DNA of 64,000 nt, from contig NC_043020.1 of NCBI RefSeq assembly GCF_006345805.1, positions 6,076,001 to 6,140,000 on the forward strand, given 5' to 3'. The translations under genes were made by a program, and so were the position numbers. This DNA comes from Octopus sinensis. Its lineage: Eukaryota. A model generated the notes under the pieces. That model was not told the DNA's origin. It saw only the letters and a program-made list of their open reading frames with translations, and ran no database searches. Every line of letters begins with the position of its first letter. Within the stretch, counting starts at the first letter, position 1. Below are positions 1 through 12,604 of the stretch, piece by piece.

Positions 1-632
1 TTTGACTGTGGCCATGCTGGAGCACCGCCTTTAGTCGAGAAATCGACCCCGGGACTTATTCTTTGTAAGCCCAGTACTTATTCTATCAGTCTCTTTTGCC
101 GAACCGCTAAGTGTATATATATTTATGGGTTTCCCCTCAGTCTTCCTCACAAGCCTTTGGTCAAGCCCAGGATTATTGCAGAAAGCACTTGGCCATGGTG
201 CCATGCTGTGGGACTGAACCCAAAACCCTACGGTTCGGAAGGAAGCTTTTTAACCGCAGAGCTATTCCTGCAATGAGCCAATATATCATCGTCATCATCA
301 TCATCTTCATCATAATCATTCAACGTCTGTTGTCCATGCTGGCATGGGTCGGACGGTTTGACTATGTGTGTGTGTGTGTGCGTGTGTGTGTGTGTGTGTG
401 TGCATGCGTGCGTGCGTGTGTGGATGTGTATAGGATGTTGAGTAAGGGAGATAGATTGATAAATTCACACACCCACACACACATATACACACACCTACAC
501 GCACGCACACATACACAAATACACACACCTACACGCACACATACAACTACACGCACCCACATACCTACATGCACACACACACACACACACATATACTCAA
601 ACACACACTCATTCACACGCCTACACACAGAG

Positions 633-667
<35 letters not shown>

Positions 668-1221
668 TGCAAATGAAGGGAGGTTAGTAGTACGGATCTG
701 CTTTTGCTTCCATTTCTTGTCCGTGCAAACTTTATACATATGTATTGTGCGTATACATGTGTGTATACATGTGTGTATGCATGTGTGCATGTATGTATGT
801 ATGTGAGGTGTAGTGTGTGTGTGTGGGAGAGATAGCATATATTTATGCAGATGTGTGTGTGTGTGTGTATGCATGTACAACCCCCTCCTCCACCTCCACG
901 TTTCCACACATCCACAGATGTAATTCTAAACATTTCAACACTTTATCTTACTTATTTATCTTTCTGCCTGTCTGTCTGCTTCCTGTCTCTGCTTCTCTCT
1001 GTCCCTTCTCTCTCTCTCTCTCTCTCCTTCTCTTTCTTGCTCTACACCTGTCTATCTTTCACTTTGTCACTCCTTTATTTTTGTCTACCACCACCACACT
1101 CCAACCTCTTCCCCCTGATTATTTCTATCTACACCCCTTCCCCACTACCACAGTCTACATGTATATATGTATGTATGTATGTATGTACACATATATATGT
1201 ATATCTGTATGTATGAGTGTT

Positions 1222-1256
<35 letters not shown>

Positions 1257-1439
1257 GTCATTATTCAGTATATTGCAAGATTTCTTGCCAACTGAGAAAG
1301 AACCGGTTTCTAACCTAGATCCAAGGCTCCTTCATTGGAATTTCAACATCAACAAGGTGTTTTTGTATGTAAGTATGTATGTATGTACACATGCACCTTC
1401 ATTTTGGGATCACCACTACTTTATTATCTCCCCTTCTCC

Positions 1440-1661
1440 CTAGCTCTCTTGTGTGACCCTTCTGTCTGGCATTCGCCATGATAGATCGCTAGCCACTACA
1501 CATTCTTTATTTTCTCTCCTTGTTTCTTTCTGTGCTCCTTTCTGTGGAAGAGCATAGGCTCAAAACGTAAAAGACTTTTTCAATTCCCGAGTGTTATACT
1601 AATACATCTGTTTGTTTTGTACACCACCTGTCTTCGTCTTTGTTTTTTTGTGAATTCCTCC

Positions 1662-1665
<4 letters not shown>
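1440..1665 (+). mobile_element. Penelope-like terminal-repeat fragment with decayed hammerhead
   Basis: cttt ctgtgga a gagc atag gctc aaaa cg ta aaag at 1538-1573 (core mutated at two positions); ends in (TA)n. Confidence 0.45.
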
Positions 1666-1726
<61 letters not shown>

Positions 1727-1750
1727 TCAAAACAGTTTGATTCAAATTCT

Positions 1751-1793
1751 ATGGTACTCTTGAGTTTCAAGCATGATGCTAGTCTTCAGCCAT
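1751..1793 (-). ncRNA. Minimal type I hammerhead motif (Penelope-like)
   Basis: Minus strand: atgg CTGAAGA ct agca tca tgct t GAAA ctcaagag TA ccat; core intact, base of stem II mismatched. Confidence 0.55.
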
Positions 1794-1920
1794 TTTGAAT
1801 TTGAATGACAGAAGTTGATTGTTATGTCCGTAAGGTGGGCTGCGATTGGCCGAGGAAGGTCAAGTGGTGTAACTCCCAAGGAATTTGTTGAATGCCCTTC
1901 TTCCGTTTGTCCACTCAGTC

Positions 1921-1950
<30 letters not shown>

Positions 1951-1955
<5 letters not shown>

Positions 1956-2352
1956 TGCAGGAGTGACTGTGTGGTAAGTAGCTTGCTTACCAACCACATG
2001 GTTCCCGGTTCAGTCTCACTGTGTAACACCTTGCGCAAGTGTCTTCTACTATAGCCTTGGGCCAACCAAAGCCTTGTGAGTGGATTTGGTAGACGGAAAC
2101 TGAAAGAAGCCTGTCGAATATATGTATATATATATTTGTGTGTCTGTGTTTGTCCCCCCACCACCACCACCAACATCGCCTGACAACCGATGCTGGTGTG
2201 TTTACGTCCCAGTAACTTAGCAGTTCGGCAAAAGAAACCGATAGAATAAGTACTAGGCTTACAAAGAATAAGTCCTGGGAGCGATTTCCTCGGCTAAAGG
2301 CGGTGCTCCAGCATGGCCACAGTCAAATGACTGAAACAAGTAAAAGAGTAAC
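1951..2352 (+). mobile_element. SINE family A (tRNA-like head, CORE-like block, central microsatellite)
   Basis: Head gcaggagtg(g/a)ctgtgtggtaag...ggttcagtc, ccttg(g)gcaagtgtctt block, tail gaaacaagtaaaagag; more than 15 copies in the window. Confidence 0.85.
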
Positions 2353-2399
2353 GAGAGATATACAGGCATCAAAAATTGATAACAAAATCCATTTTCCTT

Positions 2400-3235
2400 T
2401 TACAAATTTATTGAAAGAAACGATACATGTTCTTTACCACATGGGAAAATGAAAGTAAATCTTCATATTTCAACATAAATACCTGTGGTGTTGACCAGTT
2501 TCCTCAAAGGGCCAAGGATGGAACGAACAACCTTCTGAAGGACATTGTCTGGGATATCATTGAGAACCTCCTGAATCTGTGTCTCCAAGTCCTCCAGTAT
2601 GCGAGTTTTTGTCTTGTACACCTCCTCTCTTGTGTAACCCCACAGGTAAAAATCACATTGAGTGAGATCTAGACTTCTTGGAGTTCTGGACTTCTGCGGT
2701 CACAGTCTTCAGGTTTTAGTTCCTGCATGTATTAGAATTTCTGCAGACAGAAATTCTATTCTTTATGCACCACTGTACATATTGTGTGTCTTATTAGTCC
2801 ACGCTCAAGAGTTGCTTGACATCTTGATTTTTGTGGGCTGCGATTAAACATTTCATGCACCATCGCCACATTCTCCGCTGATCGGGATGTGGTTGGATGG
2901 TCATTTCTTTTTGCATTGTTCACAGAGCCTGTGGTCATCAGCTTTGCACAACAAGCTTATTTTGTCTCTAGATTTAGCGTTGCATGCTTACCGTTCCATG
3001 CATGCCACCATCTCTAAACCAAAGCAATGGAATTCCACACTTCAAAGCGTGCTGCTATCTTAGTTCGCTCCTGAACAGTCAAGCAACCAGCCATCTGGAA
3101 AATAAGAACAAATAAGAAAATAATAAATCCCCCATTAGTGTTGTCTTTAAAAAAAAAATGTTTTTGTCATGACTTCAGTGATGCTAAAAATTCTTTAAGC
3201 AATTTCTAATGCCCAGCTACTTTCCACCCACCCTC
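2400..3235 (-). mobile_element. Internally deleted Tc1/mariner (maT-like) transposon remnant
   Basis: Minus-strand N-terminal ...TTSRSAENVAMVHEMFNRSPQKS... joined directly to PRSLDLTQCDFYLWGYTREEVYK (C-terminal SPDLTPCDFFLWG-type motif); frameshifts and stops. Confidence 0.8.
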
Positions 3236-3890
3236 TATGTAAATACACACACACACACACACACATATATATATTTGTGTGTATATATATATAGAGAGAG
3301 AAAGATAGATAGGTAGGTAGATCTTGACACAAACACATAAATGCATATCTATCTATTCATATATATATATTCACCATACATACATACATGATGATGATGG
3401 TTGTCAACTCGTGACTGAGGAGGACCATCACTGACCACTGCCTAAGCAAAATGCCAGCAATGCTCATGCACTCATGCACAAAGTAAATACACCAGCAGTT
3501 GGCTTCCCTCGGGTTTACATCCATGGCTTCCATGTTCACCACAGCTTCCATGTTCACCACAGCTCCCATGCTCAACCACAGCTCCCGTGTTCACCATGGC
3601 ACCATCCAACTTGACTTGGTATTGAATAATCATCTCTATGGTGATTGCACAACCTGAAATTTTAGGTCCAATGAGGCTTTCATAACACCCCACAGACTCT
3701 CTCCACCCTACTGACATGAACCAGAGACAAGCCAGGGCAAGATATCCAGTGCCAATATGGTTCACAGGCTCAGAAATGTGGGGATGCAATGATCTCAAGT
3801 GTAAGCAAAAAGACACCCAAAATGTTCAATGCCATTCCTCGCATATCTGTGTTTTTATTAGTGACCTTCCCATACATACATACATACATA

Positions 3891-4783
3891 TACGAGAGGT
3901 TACCCAAAAGAAACTGGAATTTTCCAATATTATTTTATCCACTTAGTTTTACATGTTTACACTTTTATCACCTTTAAAAGTATTCTCCATTTGAATCGAG
4001 GCATCGGTCCAGGCGCATTTTACTGTTCGAAGCAGTGCTGGGACTCTTGTGAAGTGATGCCTATTAACGCCTCCATCATTTTTTCTTCACTTCTTTCACA
4101 TCTGCAAATTCCATAAGCCCTGCTTTCGTCACCAGTGATGATCTTGGAAAAATGGTCCAGATGAACTTCCACCTACTCTTTCAGTTCACGACACACAGTC
4201 GTGACTGCTTTTGATCTTCTGTGAGCAAACGAGGCACACATTTTTCTGCAACTCTTTTCATTCACAATTCCTCACTCAAAATTCGTTGGCAGGAGCTCCA
4301 AGACACACCAGTCATATCAACAAGTTCGTCAGTTGTTCGGCGATGGTGTCTCCAAGATCAGTTCATGAATTTTCGTGATGTTTTCATTCGTTCGAGAGGT
4401 CGACAATTGCCCTGAACAACATTGGTCTTCAAGTGACAAGTGACCATTCCTAAAGCATGAAAACCACTCGTAAACTTGTGTTTTGCTCATGGTATTGTCC
4501 CTGTAAGTTGTTTGAAGCATGACAACTGTTTCGGCTGCCATTTCCCAATAGAAAACAGAATTTCAAGGAAGCACAGTTTCTTCGTTTCAGCCATCGCAAA
4601 AATCGATGAACAGGGGAGAAGCACCACTGCAAAATATGTATCACATGGTAGTACAGCCTCACCTGACTCAGCCATAGGCCAACCTGAGGGTCTCACCAAG
4701 TAGCTTCTAGCAGAGGAAGCTTGAATTACAATAGGCTTGTCCCACAGAGAACGTTTCCAGTTACCTTTGGGTATCCCTTCGTA
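3891..4783 (-). mobile_element. Internally deleted mariner element with both TIRs
   Basis: 29-bp TIRs match 24/29 (3891-3919, 4755-4783) with TA ends; decayed transposase MSKTQVYEWFSCFRNG...VPRLL...KIITGDES joined to the C-terminal FADVKEVKKK...NGEYF. Confidence 0.88.
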
Positions 4784-6289
4784 TACATGCTTACAGACTC
4801 ATACACAAACACACACACACTGATACATATATGTATGCATTTATGTATCTGCATATTTTCATATATACATACACAGTTACAGACTCACACACTGGTACAT
4901 ATATGTATGTATGTATATATGTATATACTTTCATATACACATGTGGTTCTTTACACATTTCATACATTTTTGCCTATGAAGTTATCTGGGTAAATGTTTA
5001 CGCAAATACAAGTGGTGTGTGTGTGTGCATGTATGTTTGTGTGTGTGTGTGTGTATATTTGTGTGTGTGTGTGAGTGGCTAGCCAATTTCCTTCTCAATT
5101 ATCATATATATCATTTCCTTATCTGTTTCCCTGAAATTTCCCCTCCCCCATCCCAACCCTTTACCTAACCCACCCACCACCACTGCCACTGCTGCCACTA
5201 CCTCCACCTCTCCTACCACTACTGCCTCCACCACCACTACCAACACCACCTCCACTGCCACCGCCACCACCACCACCACCACCACTGCCACCACCACCAG
5301 TACAAAAATCAAGTGCAAACAAACAAGAAATTTAAGACTGAAGGCTTATTTGTCATTTGTTTTTTTTTTTGTCTGTTTCAATATTCATTGTGTGGTAGTA
5401 CCAGCCATGCTGGAGAAAACTCCATAGCAACACTGCACTGGTAGTGGACACTAAAAAAGGAAGCACCTGTGCTGGTGCCCCATTAAAGGCCCTCATGTTG
5501 ATGTCTTGTAAAATGTACCCTGTACACTCTGTAGAGTCTAGTGGTAATACTGTTGGATTCATGATTGTTAAACCATGGGTTCAATTCCCAGACCAGATAC
5601 TACATTGTCTCCTTGAGCAAGGAACTTAATTTCCCTTGGTTCCTAGCCATTCAGTTGGAGATGAGTTGCATCTGCTGTTGAGAGGTGCCACGCGGATCAT
5701 AAGACCCGCATCTTGCTAAGACAAGATGTCCACTCACATGGCTTTGATTGGTGCGGCACTAATCGTAGAAGACGCTTACCCAAGGTGCCACACAACGGGA
5801 CTGAACCCAGAGCCAATCCATAAATGGGTATGGTACACCGAACGAAGATTGTTCGACTTGATAGAGATTTGGTTGTTATTTCTAGCATGTCAGGTGACCA
5901 CATAGAAGCTCTGTCAGATCCGTTGACTTGCTTATTTGTGGTTGTTGTTGTTGTAAAGATTGAGACTAATTAGTTTGGTTATTAACCAAGCAATGTTGTT
6001 GTTCTTGTTGTTGGTCTGATTGATTGATAGTTTGTGATTAGCGACTTATTGTCATTGGCTTCATCATCATCGTCGTTGCTATTGTTGTTGTTGTTGTCGT
6101 CACATTACAGTGTGTCCTTCCAGTAATTTTAACACCCACCACCACCACCACTGCCATCCCACCTCTGCTTTCAGTTAATTAGCTACATTTAGTAATCTTT
6201 TAATTACTGGCTCCTACATTTCTGTGCAATTAATCTTAGCTTGTATTACCACCACCAACACCACCACCAAGCTGTCATAGCAATCTGTA

Positions 6290-7475
6290 TGATACTTTTC
6301 ATAGCAGTCATCATAGCAGTTTTTATAGTAGTCATTATAACAATCTTTGTAGCAGTTTTAATAGCAGTTTGTATAACAGTCATTATAGTTCTCACAGCAG
6401 GTCTTATAACAGTCATTATAGGAGTCCTGACAGCAGTTTTAATAGCAGTTGTCATAGCAGTTTTTATAACAGTCATTATAGTTCTCACAGCAGGTCTTAT
6501 AACAGTCAATACAGGAGTCCTGACAATAGTTTTAATAGCAGTTTTATAACAGTTCCTATAATGGTCATTATTGGAGTTCTTACAAGTTTTAATAGTAATT
6601 ATCATAGCAGTTTTATAACAGTCATTATAGCAGTCCTGACAACAGTTTTAATAGCAGTTGTCATAGCAGTTTTATAACAGTTCCTATAATGGTCATTATT
6701 GGAGTTCTTACAAGTTTTAATAGTAATTATCATAGCAGTTTTTATAACAGTCATTACAGCAGTCCTGACAACAGTTTTAATAGCAGTTGTCATAGCAGTT
6801 TTATAACAGTTTTTATAAGTCATTATTGGAATTCTTACAACAGTTTTAATAGCAGCTTTTATAGCAGTCATTATAGGACTTCTCACAGCAGTTTTTATAA
6901 TAGTCATTATAGGAGTCCTGACAAGCTTTAATAGCAGTTTTATAGCAGTTTTTATATCAGTCATTATTGGAGTTCTTACAACACTTTTAATAGCAGCTTT
7001 TATAATTCATTATAGTTCTCATAGCAGTTTTTATAAGTCATTATAGGAGTCCTGACAACAGTTTTAATAGCAGTCATAATAGCAGTTTTATAACAGTCAT
7101 TATAGGAGTCCTGACAACAGTTTTAATAGCAGTCATAATAGCAGTTTTATAACAGTCATTATAGGAGTCCTGACAACAGTTTTAATAGCAGTCATAATAC
7201 CAGTTTTATAACAGTCATTATAGGAGTCCTGACAACAGTTTTAATAGCAATTATCATAGCAGTTTTATAACAGTCATTATAGGAGTCCTGACAACAGTTT
7301 TAATAGCAATTATCATAGCAGTTTTATAACAGTCATTATAGGAGTCCTGACAACAGTTTTAATAGCAGTCATAATAGCAGTTTTTATAACAGTCATTATT
7401 GGAGTTCTTACAACAGTAGTCATAATAGCAGTTTTTAAGTTGTCATAACAATCTTCATAGCAGTTTTAATATTTC
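6290..7475. repeat. ~59-bp minisatellite built from ~12-bp subunits
   Basis: Unit ataacagtcattataggagtcctgacaacagttttaatagcagtcataatagcagtttt, most regular at 7030-7400. Confidence 0.9.
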
Positions 7476-8129
7476 AGTGTTAATAGCAGCTCTTACAGCA
7501 GGCATCATAGCAGTTTTCATAGGAGTTTTTATAATCATAGTAGTATTCATATCAGTCTTTGTAGCAATCACCATAACAGCTATCATAGCAGTTTTCATAA
7601 TACTTCTTATTTTAATCCTCAAAGCAGTTTTCAGAGCAGTTTTAATATGTCCTTCATTTTTCTTTTCTCCAGACAGCAAATTCTGGTGGGGGGGTTATTT
7701 GACTGTTATTTCTAGTACACTGACTACACATGTAGAGGTTTGTTCTTTGGCTAGCGGTATTAACAGTTATTGCTCATTGTAGTGGTGATGGTGATAATGA
7801 TGTAGAGTGAAGGCGGTCATGGTAACGATAGTGAAGGTGGTAGTATTAATGAGGGTAGTGGTGGCTATGGTGGTAGTAGTAGTGCTGGTGGTTGTTATGC
7901 CTGTAGTAGTGTTTGTTGCAGTAGTAGTGGCTATGGTGGCTATAGTAGTGCTGGTTGCAGTGATGATGGTCTTGGAGGTAGTGCCACTGTTGGTAATGAC
8001 GGCAGTGGTCAAGGTTGTGGTAGCAGTGGTTGATGGTTGTTGTTGTATTCGTGGTGGTAATAGTACAGCAGCATTTAAATAAGTTTTTACATCTCCGGCC
8101 CCCACAACCCCACCTGTCAACCCCCACCC

Positions 8130-8770
8130 GTTCCTGCCCCTCCCTCCTCATTTCCCTTTCTTTCTACCCCTACTCATTCTCCTCCTCCTCTAATATCACC
8201 TGGTCATCTCCCACATCTGCCTGCCCCCACGCCGCCACTATTAAACCATCCTCCTACCCTTCCTCCGCCTCCTCCTCCTCCTCCAATCCCCTTCTACTAT
8301 CACCTGCTGCTCATGTCCCCCTCTTTCTTCCTTTCTCATAAAACAACCACACCCTTTTCTTCTTCCTCCTCCTCCTCCCCTCCTCATTTAACAGTCCTCC
8401 TACTCTACAACTCCCTTTCTAACATCACTTAATGCTCATTTTCCCCCCTGCCTCCTCCCTCCATTTAGTACATTACCTTCCTCCTCCTCCTCCTCATAAC
8501 ATCACCTGCTCATCTCCCTCTCCCTCCTCTCATCACTTAACAGACCCCCTCCTCCTCCTAATATCACCTGCTCATCCCCCCCTCCCTCCTCTCATCACTT
8601 AAGTCCTTCTCCTCCTCCTCCTCCTAATATCACCAGCTCGTCTCCCCCTCCCTCCTTCTCTCATCACTTAACAGTCCTTCTGCTCCTCCTCCCAACCACA
8701 CCTGCTCATCTCCCCCCTTTCTTCTTCTCCTCCACATCCCTTCTAATATCCCTTGGTCAGTCTCCTCCCT
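8130..8770. repeat. Pyrimidine-rich (CCT)-based degenerate tandem repeat
   Basis: Recurring cctcctaatatcacctgctcatc and catcacttaacag blocks. Confidence 0.8.
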
Positions 8771-9493
8771 CCCTCCATCACGTCGTCTTGTCTGGACATG
8801 TCCACCAAGCATCCCTCATCAATGCAGAGGCCACTAATGAGAGATTTCATGGAGCCACGCAGACAACGATGCTCAACTAATTGTCCTGCTTTCATCCGCA
8901 TCATAAATAAATGAGAGAATAAAGTGATGGTCGTCATCGTCATGATGGTGGTGGTGGTGTTGTTGATGGTGCTGATGGTGGTGGTGGTGTTGTTGATGGT
9001 GCTGATGGTGGTGGTGGTGGTGTTGATGGTGCTGATGGTGGTGGTGGTGGTGTTGTTGATGGTGCTGATGGTGGTGGTGGTGGTGATAACTGCAGCAGTG
9101 TCCACTATGGCATTTGTGGCCGTAGTTGTTGGTGGTGGTGGTGGAGTGGTGTAGGAGGTGGTGTTGGTGTTGATGACAGATGCAATGGTTCTCGGCATGA
9201 GATTTAAAATCTAGAGCGCATATACATATACATGCATATATATGTGTGTGTGTGTGTGGTAATGAGCTTGCTTACCAACCACATGGTTTCTGGTTCAGTC
9301 CCACTGCGTGGCACTTTGGGCAAGTGTCTTCTACTATGGCCTCGGGCTGACCAAAGTCTTGTGAGTGGATTTGGTTGATGGAAACTGATTATATATATAT
9401 AATAGCAAAGTGCAAAATTAATTAATTAAGAAGTAATCAGTAATTTCACCAAGTAGAATTTGGCATGAAAAAGACCATTTCATGGTAAGCCTA

Positions 9494-9600
9494 AGTAATA
9501 CTTTATAATTAGGGTTCAGCAAAGATTTGCTTCACCACATACCGAAGTTCGGTATGTGGTGAAGCAAATCTTTGCTGAACCCTAATTATAAAGTATTACT
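9494..9600. repeat. Perfect palindrome, 53-bp arms with 1-nt spacer
   Basis: 9494-9546 is the exact reverse complement of 9548-9600. Confidence 0.97.
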
Positions 9601-9616
9601 ACATATATATATATAT

Positions 9617-9772
9617 ATTGGGTTGGTGCATAATTATTGTGGATTTTTCTCAACAAATAATTTTATTTAACAAAAACAATAACAACATGTAACAAAAACA
9701 TCTTTAAATGATTATTCTGGAGCATATTCACCATCTACTTCAATTACTGCTTCCCATTTGCAAGGCTATAGC
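9617..9772 (-). mobile_element. Mariner 3' end fragment
   Basis: TIR ttgggttggtgcataattattg resembles the Hsmar1-type TIR; minus strand encodes KWEAVIEVDGEYAPE*. Confidence 0.65.
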
Positions 9773-10194
9773 AGAAGACACTCTACAAAGTATAGAGTTG
9801 AATTTCGTGTAGCCACCTGTCGGAAACTTTTCTCCCCCATACATTCTGGAGTGGGGTTTGTTTGTAGTTTGTGAAGAAAATGTTAAATGTGCCTGTGAAA
9901 AAAACATGGCCTTTCCCCCAACTAAAAGGTGTGAAGAACTATCAAACAAAGCGAGTAAGTACCAGGGTGGGGGAAAGAAGAGAGAACTAACACTTGATCC
10001 TTCTAGCACTCCCAGAATGAAAACCTAAATATCTGAAAGACTTTCGCTCTATTCATTACTAAATTTCTTTCCCTCTTCTTCATTGAAGAAGCTAGAAAAG
10101 ATCAATTTCAGTCTAATTGCCATTTTAAATGACTGAGGTTTTCTTTTCCTTGTCTCTTTCACTTCACTCCTTTTCTCTGTGGTTAAGAAAGTGA

Positions 10195-10500
10195 AGGTGC
10201 GTGGCTCAGTGGTTAGAAGTATTCAGCCTACGATCGTAGGGTCATGAGTACGATTCCTGGTGGTGTGCTGTGTTGTTGAGCAAGGCATTCTACTTCACCT
10301 TGCTGCAGTCCACTCAGGTGACAAAAATGAGTTGTAGATGTAACTGAAAGGGGCCAGCCTTGTCACATTCTGTGTGAGGTTGAATCTCCCTGAGAACTAT
10401 GTTAATGGTATACGTGTCTGTGGAGTACTCAGCCACTTGCACATTTATTTTACGAACATATTATTCCGTTGATCAGATAAACAGGAACCTTGTCTTTAAT
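10195..10500 (+). mobile_element. SINE family D (also 10815, 34870; minus copy 44630-44935)
   Basis: tRNA-like head gtggctcagtggttag...gattcc plus shared body ccttgtcacattctgtgt...ctgagaact. Confidence 0.7.
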
Positions 10501-11504
10501 AAGAATGAAAGAAAAGGAAATGTTCCATATTGTAAGGCAAAAATGTCATGTGTTTAGTATAAGCAGTGAAAGCTAAGACAAAATAATTGCTATTCCGTCA
10601 TGTAATGGCTTCGCCCTTGACTCATCCTCAGTTTGATAATAACAGCCTACGCATCGGTGTTTATCTGGGGGCTTGGCCTCCAGATCTGTGAGACCCACAA
10701 ATGCTGCTGTTAGGACCAGATTAACACTCATAGTGACCCTAATGGCTAAAAAGATTTTCCTGCTCCTATATAGGATCTTTTTTTCATTTTCTTCCAACCA
10801 CATGAAGGTTTATCTTGCTCCAGTCCACTCAGCTAGCCAAAATGAGTTGTAGCTGTAATTAAAAGGGGTCAGCCTTGTCATATTCTGTGTGAGGCTGAAC
10901 ACCCCAGAGAACTACGTTAATGGTATGTATGTCTCTGAAGTACTCAGCCACTTGTATGTTAATTTTATCCTCATGTGGTAATGAAAAGTGAAAGTGACAT
11001 CCAACATTTGCTATAGTTATTTGTCTTTGATTTGACAATATGTCTACATATTTATGTATCAACTTTTCTTTTGATCTATGTATCTACTTTTCTTTCGATG
11101 TATGTATCAGTCTACTCTGAAAATACTGATAAACATTTAAAAACAAAAAAAGGAACGCCGCATTTCTTTCAGTCACCACTCACTGTCACTTTCACTCTAT
11201 CTCTCTCTCTTTCTGTCTCATTTTCTCTCTGTCCCTCCCCTCTCCCGCTTTGCCACTCACTCCAACTACACTTCCTCTGCTTAACACCTTTTATTTCTCT
11301 TTTTCTTTGTACCTCTCCCACCAACCGTTTTACCTATTCCTTTGAAGTGTGACACACACCACAAGTAGAAACATAAAAAAACACAAAAGTTAGCATATCA
11401 ATATAAAGGATAAGCATATACTCATATTTTGACTTCCATTTCTTCCTGTTTGCATTACCATACATACATATGTATGTATGTATGTGTGTATATATATATA
11501 TTCT

Positions 11505-11896
11505 CTTTTTACTCTTTTACTTGTTTCAGTCAGTTGACTGCGGCCATGCTGGAGCACCGCCTTTAGTCGAGCAACTCGCCCCGGGGACTTATTCTTTGTA
11601 AGCCCAGTACTTATTCTATCGGTCTCTTTTGCCGAACTGCTAAGTGACGGGGACGTAAACACACCACCATCAGTTGTCAAGCAATGCTAGGGGGACAAAC
11701 ACAAACATACATGCACACATATATACATATATACATATATACGACAGGCTTCTTTCAGTTTCCATCTACCAAATCCACTCACAAGGCTTTGGTCAGCCCG
11801 AGGCTATAGTAGAAGACACTTGCCCAAGGTGCCACACAGTGGGACTGAACCAGGAACCATGTGGTTGGTAAGCAAGCTACTTACCACACAGCCACT

Positions 11897-11900
<4 letters not shown>
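11505..11900 (-). mobile_element. SINE family A
   Basis: Full-length reverse copy. Confidence 0.85.
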
Positions 11901-11934
<34 letters not shown>

Positions 11935-12496
11935 CATGAGCAATTGTTTCTTGTCTTGGGATTCGTGGTCAAACGGCTGGGTGGATTTGTGCAAAAAATT
12001 ACACAGATGTGTAGAATGATCCAGTGATGATGCTGGGCTTTGTATTTTTTTCATAGCTTCCATGGTTACTGAGATGATCTACTATAATAATACTCTTGTG
12101 TTTATGAATGAGAAAAGAAGGGGTGATAGATGAATAAGGAAAGAAGGGGTGAGAGTTTCAACTCTGTGTGAATATATGTGTATGTAAAAAGGGGGTTATG
12201 TGAATGTGTGTGTGTGCGCACAATGGAAGTGGAATGGTTCATCTTTGTTCTTTAGTATTTGATTTGGTTGAATCTTGGTTGCTTTTTTGTTGTTGTTGGT
12301 CAGTTATTTTTAGCGTTTTGACAGAAAAAGTCATTCTAAAATTGTTTTTTAATGTAAGCATGCCCAAACAAGTCGAATGGTTACACAGAGCAGGTTTTAT
12401 AGCCACATCATCCAAACTGACCAGCTAAAACCGGGCTTAGCTGCTAGTATATATATATATACACACACACACATACACATATATATATATATATAT

Positions 12497-12604
<108 letters not shown>

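Noticed and set aside
8743-9198. Mucin-like Thr-rich minus-strand ORF
   Set aside because: Mostly a 24-27-bp GGT/GAT repeat; the short unique tail has no recognisable family or consistent splice sites.
9812-9954. Exon-like stretch ending in a strong donor (cga|gtaagt)
   Set aside because: It ends in phase 1, incompatible with the phase-0 acceptor of exon a, and the peptide does not resemble the family.
10630-10695. Plus-frame MASPL...RIGVYLGAWPPDL as the missing C12orf56 exon 1
   Set aside because: Only a VYL-xxx-PP resemblance; an in-frame TGA follows at once, there is no phase-0 donor and the other exon-1 motifs are absent.
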